64,000 nucleotides of DNA, from the NCBI GenBank assembly GCA_964035545.1, contig OZ037765.1, positions 4,102,698-4,166,697 of the forward strand, written 5' to 3'. The position numbers and the translations under genes were made by a program. Shown here piece by piece: positions 12,544 to 22,500 of this stretch. Below the pieces are notes generated by a model. The model had not been told where the DNA came from and ran no database searches. It saw only the letters and a program-made list of their open reading frames with translations. Within the stretch, counting starts at the first letter, position 1, and every line of letters begins with the position of its first letter. Source of the stretch: Bugula neritina (lineage: Eukaryota; Animalia; Bryozoa).

Positions 12544-15500
12544 CACTACCACTACTACTACTACTACTAGTACTACTATTACTACTACTACTACTACTAC
12601 TACTACCACTACTACTACTACTAGTACTACTACTACTATTACTACTACTGCTACTACTACCACTAGTACTACCACTGCTACTGCTACTACTGCTACTGCT
12701 ACTACTACTACTACTACTACTACTACCACTACCACTACCACTACCACTACTACTACTTTGTTTGGTCAAATACTAGTATTGGTCTATATTCCCATCACAC
12801 TGAGAAATATTTTGGTGATTCAGGTTTCCCGACAAGTAAAACAGTTCCATTTCACTCAGTGGCCTGACCATGGAGTTCCAACCACCTCAGGACTTCTCAG
12901 TTTCCGACACAGAGTCAAGCAAGACATGTCTGCTAGCTATAAGCCTGCTATTATCCACTGCAGGTAGGTTGTATCTACTAGCTATAAGTCTGCTATTATC
13001 CACTGCAGGTAGGTTGTATCTGCTAGCTATAAGCCTGCTATTATCCACTGTAGGTAGGTTGTATCTGGTAGCTATAAGCCTGCTATTATCCACTGTAGGT
13101 AGGTTGTATCTACTAGCTATAAGTCTGCTATTATCCACTGCAGGTAGGTTGTATCTGCTAGCTATAAGTCTGCTATTATCCACTGCAGGTAGGTTGTATC
13201 TGCTAGCTATAAGTCTGCTATTATCCACTGCAGGTAGGTTGTATCTGCTAGCTATAAGTCTGCTGTTATCCACTGCAGGTAGGTTGTATCTGTTAGCTAT
13301 AAGTATGCTATTATTCACTGCAGATAGGTTGTATCTGTTAGCTATAAGTCTGCTATTATTCACTGCAGTAAAACATCTGTTTATATATCCTATACACAAG
13401 AGTGGGATACTTGTAGTGCTGGTGTGGGAAGAACTGGTACATTCATAGGACTGGATATTCTTATAGAAGAAGGTAAGACAACTACTGCTGGTGGACAAGA
13501 TGGAACTGTTGATGTGATGAAATGTGTGTATAATATGAGACTTAACAGAACACAGATGGTTCAGACCCACGTATGTATTATCACTCTTATTATTATGTCT
13601 TGCCCTTTTATAAGTATATGTTTGGTGTGATTTTAATGATATAATTATATAATGTATAAGTTATATTTTGCCCTTCTGTTCTTATCAATGTAATCTGTAT
13701 TCTACCAACCGATTAATGTATAATATGCAGTATATCAGTATTTCACTCTATTCTATGGTTCATATTCTAGGAGCAATACTCTTTCCTCTATGAAATAGTC
13801 GCCGAGGCTTTAGACTGTGGAGATACTTCCATCGTCTGCTCCCAATTCTCTGAAACATTACAGAAACTGCGTCAAGTTTGTCTTTTCTCCTTCTATTTCA
13901 AACGTATCACATTCTTATCAAATACTTCTTATTTCTACGATGTTTTGTTCCTTATATATACTCATATTTGGCACCCTACACTCTGTTGGTAATGAATGGA
14001 TATTATTGGTTGTTAGAGACCTGCTAGAGGTCAGAGGTCAGTGTTAGAGGAACAGTTCAGGATGGTCAACGCTGCAACAGCTTCTTCTGAGCCTCGTCAG
14101 TTAATAAGTCCAAACGCAGTTTCCAAAGAAAATGTTGAGAAAAATAGAGATGATACAGTTTTACCCAGTAGGTTCTATGTATCTGGTGTTTTTTCATCTT
14201 CTGCAGTTTTAATGTTTATACTCTGTAAAATTAAGTTATGCGATCCAATAGGGGAAAGCAATCATTTTATTTTACACTATATTCCAATAGACAGTTTTTC
14301 TCTTCTTTATGCTACAAGTTATTTTCCCATTTTTGATTCCATGTCTCTTTGATTCAATCAATTAATCCAATCTCGTATTGTGACCAAGTAGTGTTTATGT
14401 AGTCATCACGTTGTATCTTACAGCTGAAAGAAACAGCGTCCTGCTACCATACATTAGTGACTCACGTAATGGCTACATCAATGCAGTCTACTGTGATGTA
14501 AGTTGAATCTCTCTTCTCAATGTGAATGACTTTCCAGCAGATGGTACTGTGTATTCTGTTTGAATAATGGTGCTCTAAAGCAAGTGAATACTATATGTTA
14601 TGTATGTAACTCTGTACACAGGGCTACCAGAACAGAAGGGGGTTTATTGTGACTCAGACTCCTTTGACAGATACAGCTGAAGACTTCTGGCATATGACAG
14701 TAGACAACAAGTGCCCTGTTATAGTGTACCTGAATGACTGTCTGGTATGTAGATACCATGTGTAGTCCCCAGCACTATATGTATATCTTATGTGCTGTAA
14801 ATTATTCAGCTACTTTTGATTACGGACCGTTACGAAAAAGCCGTAGTGGTCCGCACACCAAATAGCTTTATAAATAGGAAAAAACATGGGAAATCAAGCA
14901 AAATTAAAACAAACTTTTATTATTTAGGTGTATTTATTGATATTTTACTAGTTTTGGGCAAAAACTATGTTCATTAGCAGCTTTATTGTGAAAAATAGTT
15001 GAAAACTGGAGATTTCTAGTGTTGTACTAAATTAAGTAAAATGACCCATATACACTTGACAGTGAGAGAAAACTCCTATGTGGTTTCACTTTAGAATGGG
15101 AAAGTCTATATATGCTACTTTAAAATTGTTACTAAGGATGAATTACAATTTGAGAATATACAAACATACACTTGACAGTGAGAGACAACTCCTATGTGGT
15201 TTCACTTTAGAATGAGAAAGTCTATTGGCCGACCAATGGAGGTGAGAAGTTTCAGTTTGGTAAAGTAAGCATAGAGAATACATATTCTCAGGAAATACTG
15301 AATATGGAGACAGGAGGTGGTGTGGAGACCGAGTTGACGTGTACTCATGGAAATGTAAGAGATGGAACAATTTATTTATTGCAATTAGTTATCTTTTATA
15401 TTACTCATGGTGTCTGTACCTAAGAATTCTTATATTATAATTGTATCGTCTAAACAGCGTATGATATGCATAGTAAATGTAGTGGATAGCAGTTGAACAA

Positions 15501-16666
15501 CCTTCACCTTGTTAACATTGACACAGCAATTCAATTTTGGGTTTGTTTCTCATAATGCTACATGTAAATGTGACATTACTTAGTTATATACTATTCTGCT
15601 GGTTCGTTGTCACTAACTTAGTTAGCTTTTTTATGAATTTATTAAGTTATATACTTTAAAAATAATAGGCGCTGGATGAAACAATCAGAATCAAGTTGTG
15701 CTTGATTCTAGTCAGATATTTAGGCCTAAAAATAACATTTGATGATTTATAACTGTGGGAGACCGTCTTTAATAATATACTGTTCTGCTGGTGCATTGAC
15801 TTATTTGGTTTATTGTTATGAATTGTGAATATCATATGTGGTATTACTGCTAGTTTATATTGCAATACTACTATATAGATAATGCACATAACAGTTCTGT
15901 TTTATCTGACCAGCATTTTAATGATTTGTTGATTTTTTGTAGACCAGCCATGAAGTTACTCTGTTGGAAGTGAAGATTGCTGATGGTAGATTACTTTCAA
16001 CCAATCAGCTTACAGCTCTCTGTAATAAACTAGAGAAGTATACAACTGCAGGTCATCCCCCCATTACAATACAGTGTCTGTAAGTTACCTTCACACCTCC
16101 CTCCTCCTATCAGCAGCATATCTGTGATGTTTGTAAACTCTAATATGACTCTGATATATGCATAATTTCAACCTGTGTTCTTATGAAAGCAGCTTTGTAA
16201 AATTATTACATTTAGTTTGGAATTATCATCACTTGTCTGTCAAAGGATATGAATACAGAGTAATTATACTCGCTGTGTTGTAGTAATGGTAGTAGACTGA
16301 GTGGTATTCTAGTGATAGCCATGAATCTCTACCTCAGAGCTCGTATGGAACAGGAAGTTGATGTTGTTTTGGAGGTAAAACTGGCTCGTAGAAGTAGACC
16401 TCAGTTTATAGCTGACTCGGTAAGTTTTCTACTCATCACATAGTCTCTCTGAACATATTCTCTTTTTGTTTTACTTTATGAAGACTCAGTCTGTGAATAT
16501 ACCAGTAAGAAACTGCAGTGTCTGCTGAAGATATAATATCTTCATCCTGAAATATAAAATTGCATTTACTCATCAGAATTCAATGTTGTAGGAGTCGTTT
16601 GACCTTCTCTATGAATTTGTGTCCTCTTATCTCTCTGACTTTAATGATTACTCCAACTTCCGCTAG
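231..16666 (+). CDS. Receptor-type protein tyrosine phosphatase, copy A (5'-partial; 19 exons in window: stalk, TM, PTP D1, PTP D2)
   Basis: GT-AG exons with consistent phases: 231-602, 753-906 (TM), 990-1060, 1639-1877, 10053-10137, 10417-10487, 10819-10855, 11998-12095, 12179-12310, 12824-12963, 13417-13570, 13771-13875, 14017-14167, 14424-14497, 14622-14744, 15211-15354, 15943-16079, 16284-16419, 16592-16666 (TAG). Motifs: RNRFKNI, DYANANYI, IACQGP, WPDHGVP, HCSAGVGRTG, MVQT. Every exon has a near-identical partner in copy B. Confidence 0.92.
2936..4009 (-). CDS. ORF3 of element 1: zinc-finger/coiled-coil accessory protein (357 aa)
   Basis: ATG 17 nt after the pol stop; CNLC-x12-H-x3-H and CPC-x12-H-x5-C; RKRHR; C-terminal heptads; intact and the same length in elements 3 and 4. 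Confidence 0.88.
   Translation of the reverse strand: METSSMPVNSELIQQIESELLGTTFHVNDDEDTVMADGLLDLELDTVLGQSTHDSSVPRVHSKSCDSQASNSRQSLELCCKDPPRSNNNSTFVDTLAPVSPGMPSLEMAWDPEPAPTTSTTRQLPPQLEATSNWITPATKREIRTHQGGEDNRECNLCQQRFTTHRRLKVHLPQHNITTFCPCGEYSYNRDYLLRHQRTMQCYQGHVYEVDESSYPAFLNAIKPLITDPARLSRLEQGFPYPRPIISGAAEKPIQSTNSPPHSPLRHPHTFPRVVLQRVDTNAYTLPPPLPSSERKRHRQPTSSRSSPLARNLREVEARAHDLEQEVYRLAPRVQAASSELKYLQESIKRMKRAAHS
4027..8656 (-). CDS. pol: Pol, element 1 (PR-RT-RNaseH-integrase), inferred to be entered by -1 frameshift at 8650-8656; interrupted by an out-of-frame G12 run at 8301-8312
   Basis: LLDSG protease, YLDD RT, DAS RNase H, HHCC + D-D-E integrase, GPY motif in ORF 4027-8316; upstream -1 frame peptide is homologous to the element 2 Pol N-terminus. 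Confidence 0.92.
8605..9471 (-). CDS. gag: Gag, element 1 (288 aa; no CCHC knuckle)
   Basis: First ORF, ATG ~14 nt after the PBS; KAPTFTG..VEQFI capsid-like start; homologous ORFs in all four elements. Confidence 0.9.
   Translation of the reverse strand: METENARMQPPPVEGERRNDVNPVNREGEEAYRYCLKAPTFTGSEDVEQFIQEFREVMEIAQWPHRVALIQLRRAVTEQAKPYGVGTDVNGILAALRARFGISAIDARTKLERLCRSPRTSLQEHAATVKKLAQIAYSDLPAQHQERYTYDAFVQSLNDLGLHHQLRAKGITRIEDALKAGEAYLLATQMHRAQRNPPVVGVSAARATTGPEALPLEAEVDRMVEMLGQLVTILAGAGPGQALRVPPTPVGQGWSSAGQDQGQKGRPQYQGALNCHGPRTLSLPASRN
9486..9503 (-). promoter_or_regulatory. Primer-binding site complementary to the tRNA-Leu 3' end
   Basis: TGGTGGCAGCGGTGGGAT 1 nt inside the 5' LTR; identical in all four elements (e.g. 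24574-24591); matches the ...AUCCCACCGCUGCCACCA end of metazoan tRNA-Leu(AAG/UAG). Confidence 0.85.
11008..11066. repeat. (AT)n microsatellite
   Basis: Direct reading. Confidence 0.98.
12321..12756. repeat. Imperfect (ACT)n microsatellite, intronic
   Basis: Direct reading; the paralogous, longer tract is at ~49346-49905. Confidence 0.98.
12964..13368 (+). repeat. 45-bp minisatellite, 9 units, derived from the exon end plus splice donor
   Basis: Unit GTAGGTTGTATCTGCTAGCTATAAGTCTGCTATTATCCACTGCAG; 405 nt = 9 x 45. Confidence 0.97.
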
Positions 16667-18039
16667 AACTTGTCTCTCATCTGCAGCTGTAGGAAGATCT
16701 TGTCTGATGGATTAACACTGCACTATGTCTTCTATACACATATGCAACTTTTTTCCATATTTTGCAAAGTTTGTTATTCAATATTAATACTTTATTTGAT
16801 AATATTTTTAATAGTATGTATTTTTTGATTTCTATTATATTTTTTAGCATATCACGTATGCAAGGAAACTCTTTCATGCTATTTCTATTTTATACTTTAT
16901 TGTAAATTTTGATTTTTGTTTTTATCTATTGATATTTTTAAGTGATTCGATCAAATAAATTAAAATGTGATAATGAAACCATCTGAAACTTGAAATAAAA
17001 AATGCAGTCAACAGTGCCTATAATGGCTATCTGTCAGCTAAAATTAAGTTGATGCTACTTTAAATTTATTTTATATATCACTTATCACAATCAGACACAT
17101 CCATACACTTTAACTTATCAGTTCAAGCTTATTTGCCTTTTCTGGCAGCAATTTGTTTAGATCATTTAATTCTGGTATCTTAAAACTTCACAAGCTTGCC
17201 TAAATTATCTCAATTAATGTTAATAAGGAGATATTCCAACCCCTCTCCCTGACTTACCCCAAATTTCACAACTAATCTATCATCTCAACCAATGAGGAAG
17301 CATGATGTGTGTTGGTCATCACTTGAGTCCAAAACATGAATTCTCACCATGTTTATTTCATGATTATAATACAGTTCACAAGACAGTGGTGGCTGAAGAC
17401 CTGACACAGCGAAGCTGTAATCAGCATACTATTCCCAACAACAGAGAGCCACTACTACCTGCAAACCCAGTAGTTTGTTTTTAAATATTTTATATTATTG
17501 GAGGAGTTTCAAAATGTAATTTGGTAGCAGTTTTTACATTTTATTTTACAGCAAGATGCTCTACATCTAAATAACTCTGCAAACTGTAAACACTGCAAAC
17601 TATTGGTGTTTTATATTCAGTAGTTGTTGACTTACCTCAGATGCTATACCTGCTTGCAGTATACTAAATTTAGACCGAAGCAGTCTTATTTGACAAAGAG
17701 TCACTGTGTTTATATTACAAGTAGTCTTGAGCGGCAAAGACTTACTGTGTTCACATCAGCTAAGACCCACACATAATATAATTTCATGCAGCGAATAATA
17801 GCATTAAATGCATAAATTATTACAACTTGTTTATCAAGATAAGTATAGTCCATGCCTGCAGTATTTTGATATTTCCATGAAATAGTAACTATCAATAAAG
17901 ATTCCAAATTTCTTAAATGCAAAACAAAAATGGTGCAGATATTGCTTGTGTGTGTCATACACATGTGGTATGCAAACCTTGGTTTATTATTCATATACTC
18001 TATACTCTATAGTCTAGTAGTACGTATTTATAATCGCTA

Positions 18040-18180
18040 TGACTAGGCGTAGACTAGTGGGCGTGGTTTAACTTAAAGCGACCTTGATCCTTTTGGTTTT
18101 ATAGCTGGTTCAGTACTCGTTATTTTTATGTTGCTTAGAAAATTAGTTCGCGCACGCGCGTAAAAGTTACAGCGTGCCAA
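18040..18180. promoter_or_regulatory. Candidate promoter-like CpG-containing patch upstream of RPTP copy B
   Basis: GTGGGCGTGG (Sp/KLF-like, 18057) and CGCGCACGCGCG (NRF1-like, 18149) in AT-rich DNA, both retained at 62948 and 63040; a 5'-UTR intron is implied by the acceptor at 19520. No transcript evidence. Confidence 0.3.
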
Positions 18181-19572
18181 ATGCATCATTTTTTAAATAA
18201 GACTGTCTGCATCCCCTCCCCAGAGCGATTTGTTAAGCCTTTGACATTTTCAAAGAAATGTCTTCATAAGCCCATGGTTCGTTAATTCCGAAGAGGCATT
18301 GAACTAAAACTTCCTTTTCTTTCAATCATCAATTATAGGTTAACAATAACTTTTACTTATGAAAAGTCTTAGCTTATTACTCAGGACAGCCTCCGAAAGA
18401 TATTATTCATTTTCAAAATAATCTTAGTGAAAGGTAGTCAGTTTTGAAAGTAGACAAAGTAGAATTAAATGACATTTGCACTGGCAGAGCTTGAAGTTTA
18501 TAAATAATCAATTAATTCGAGTTTCAAAGCGACTGACACTGGGCATAGATACAAGTACGAGTAAATATTGTAATTATCATTTATAACTTGTATCATATTG
18601 ATATTCAACATTTAGATAACAGCTAAAACTAAAAGAAACTCACTCACCAGTACTAGGTAAGACTAATTTTAATACCAATACCAAATATTAAAGAAGTAAG
18701 ATAATAGTAATACTAATACTATGTTCATAGGCATCCACTTACTTATAGTGATAATACTATGGAGTATGGTACTAGTAGTAACACAAAAACTTGTGGTTGT
18801 AGTTATACACCTACACTTACAGTGACTGTAATATTTATATTAACTATTAAGCCTAATAGTAATAGTCATAGCCTATGGGCATAGCCATCAGTATCACTAT
18901 GTATTAGATTTAATCTGAAAATAACTATAACTTAGTATTAGTAATAGTTTTATGGATTAGTCTAACACTAACATGTATTGGACTGAAAATGACTGCAACT
19001 ATTACTATTAGTATTAGACTAATCTATATTACTAATACTACTAATACATTTTCAGTTTCAATCCAATACATGTTAACTAGCACTATTACCTATCACCTAT
19101 GTTTATGGCTGTATTACTATGTAATAGTAATATTAATATATAGTATATGTAATAATTAATCATAATTATGATGCAATAGAAAGTCGGCTTTAACGGAACT
19201 TGGATGGTTTTTGTTTTATGTCTGATTTATAGTAAGTGAGGTGAACGATTATTTATATGCCTAGTCAGTAGTCTTTTACTGAAAATAATATAAAATAATA
19301 TAATATACGTACATATAGTTAAATATATATAGTACATAGTGATAGTATATGAACTATATTTAGTGCAATATTACTAGTATGGGCTATATATTTCTACAGT
19401 ATATTACTAGGAGCATATTAGAAAATAGGAAAGGGCCTGATGGGTTGCAGTGCTTTTTCATGTAATGTAATTAGCTTTACTTTTTTTATTAGTGTTGAAA
19501 CTCTTCATATGTATTTCTAGGTTGGGTTATAAACTGAGACACTAGTGTTAGTGACTCTAATATTCTGGTGAA

Positions 19573-22500
19573 ATGGTGCTACTGAAGTTGCAAGTAGCTG
19601 TATTTGTGTTAGCAACTGTTGATGGTGAGTGACTTCTTGATTATTATTTCAGCTACAGTTCAATAGTTTCTATCTGTTGCTTTAATTAAATGTGCAAATG
19701 CATATTTTAATGTAGTTGACTGTATTCAGCACAGCATTCTATATGTAAAAGCTGATGCTAATATAAGTTCCTATGTCAAATAAACTGCCTTCATTGATAG
19801 CCTTACATGACTGGCATCATAAATTTGCTGGCTGATATTACATGCAGCTACCTGTTATAGACATTGCTGCTAGTCTCCCTGTAATACAAAAATGTCTCAA
19901 ACTTCCTCTTACTATTCATTATACTATTGTTTGTTTAGTAAATGGCACACTTGGTCTACCCTTTGTTGAATGTATTTCAGCATACACTCAATCCTTTCAT
20001 TTGCTAACACGAAGTGTGCATTTGCTAGTGTGCTGCTCTCTTTCAATCTATTTAAAAACATACCCATTGTAAAGGCTGTCAAAAGCTTTTGTTGGGCTTA
20101 TACAAAAGTAAGAATATTTTCAAATTGATAGCCCAGTCATGTTTTCTGAGAGTAGAATATAACGCCTAGTAAGAAATCTGTGGTTTGTTTGGTAAATGTT
20201 TGTGAAAAACACACATATAGCTAATTTTAACACTAAACTTTCCTATTTGCAGAAATCTATTAGTAATTTGAGTTTATATTTTTTGTTGTAAATTGGGCTA
20301 ATGAGTTACTAACATCAGTTAACTAAGATATCCTACAGTCTATGTATAATTTTACTGTTTTATTTAGTTGGTTTTTCATTTGAGTCAATGTTTTTTTTAT
20401 TAATGCTACCTTCATTGGCCAGTACATGCATGTAAGCAGTTAAGCACACTTAAATGTTTGTCAGAAGATATAATAATATAGCTAACTGTATACTAGTAAT
20501 GCTATGCTACTTGTTTTGTTTTTGTTTTATTAAAACCTGCCTTTGCATACTTTTTCAGCTTTAACCTGTGACTGGACATCAGGTGTGGGTAGACTAGATC
20601 CTTACATCACATCTGGTAGTATAAAGACTCTCTCTGTAAACAGTGAAGATGAGTGTAGAACTCAGTGTATGCAGCAGACATCATTTATCTGTGCCTCAAT
20701 AAACTACAGAACCAATGATGGAAACTGTGAACTGTTAGCAGAGAATACTCAGACTGCTATTATTAGTAGTTCTGGTAGTCAGTGGAGATACTCTGTTAGA
20801 CCAGACTGTGCTGGTGAGTATAGAATAACATCCCGATCTCAAATGCAAGGGGTACTCGAGAAATATCTAAGGAAGACTTCATCTATTCCCAATAAATTCT
20901 CTATTAGGTCATAATCAGTAATTTATATATACAATCCAGGGTTGGGGTCAATTACATGTAAATGTAATTAATTACAATTACAATTACATGAAGATTTGTC
21001 AATTACAATTACAATTACAATTACATGGCAATGTAATTAATTACAATTACAATTACTTTTGTTCTCGCAAGGAATAAATAGAAGTTACTTCTAGGGTCCA
21101 ACTACCAGCGGCAATGGTGAACCTCTTTTGTTTTCTACAGTGATACTATTATGTCATTCCATACCAAATCAACCAACTTCCAAGGGGTCCCACATCTTTG
21201 TGTCTCAGATTTTGCTCATATTTACACTAAATGGACCTACACATGTTCAGATTACCATTCGTGAATATTTCTGGCCTGACACAAAAATATTTTGAGAAAT
21301 TACTACTTTGGTGAACAAAGGTTGGAAAATATTTTGAGGAAAATTTGTGATTTATACTTTTAGACCAATTTATATGTAATTCAAAATTTGATTAGGGGAG
21401 TATTTGAAATTTTTCAAAATTTACAAAGATTTGTTCATATTCAATGACTTTGCATATATGCACACAAAGTATTCTGTAGTATGTGTTGCTACTAGTGCAA
21501 ATTGATAGGTATTATCAAATCACACAGCAAATTTTAAGGCTTGGTCTAGAAAATTGATCGAGATATAGACGTTTATAGATTAGTCTAAAAGTAGAAATCA
21601 CAAATTTTTCTCAAAATGTTTCTCAACTTTTGTCCACAAAAGTAGTCAGTTCTCAAAAAAAATTTGTGTCAGGTCAGAAATACTGAAGAAGAGTACTTGA
21701 GGCATGTGTAGGTCTATTTGGTGTAAACATGAACAAAATCTGAGACGAAAATAGACGCGGGCAATTCGGTGAGCTGGCATGGAATGACCCTACTATATTG
21801 ACCTAACTATCTGAACTTGTTATTTAACAGCAGGCATTGTAGAAAAAAAAGGAGTTTTTTAAGATTTAAAAGTTTGAAGTAATTGACATGTAATTATAAA
21901 GTAATTGTAAAAATCAATTACATTAGATATGTAATTAATTACAATTACAATTACAATTACATTTTTAAACCTCAATTACAAATTACATTCAGTTACTTGA
22001 AAAAATGTAATTAATTACAGCCAATTACAATTACAAATTACAATTACCCCAACCCTGATACAATCTACTATGCGATATACATTGATGCTATACTACAATG
22101 TGTTGAATGAGTAATTGTTACTTAAAATTCTAGGATATATTAATAATATACACAGTCTAAATAGTTTTAGAACCAGTGCTCTAGTTTATATAGATAGTAG
22201 AATATGAATTGTGGGTATTCTGTATTTTCTTAGTATTTAATTTCTATAGATCACTTGCATTTCTTTTAGAAGTGCAGATTTTGTGTGCTGTTTCTAAGGA
22301 ATGCAGGAGTTGTTTTCTACTGTTGATATACTATTTCTTTTATTTGACTGATCATTATGAGATGAACTTTGCTTCTATTTACAAGTTCCTATATCTAATC
22401 TCAATCAGTTAGTAAGGTAGAGAAAGTATAACCCTAGTGTGTGCAAGTGCAAATATTAGTGATCGAAAATTAGTTCCAGCCAATCTCAAGAAAATCAAGC

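Noticed and set aside
12188-12769. Poly-Ser/poly-Val/poly-Thr ORFs (also 49210-50043)
   Set aside because: Translations of an intronic trinucleotide microsatellite
12870-13570. 15-aa repeat ORFs on both strands; superficially CRISPR-like periodicity
   Set aside because: Pure tandem 45-bp minisatellite with no unique spacers; eukaryotic intron
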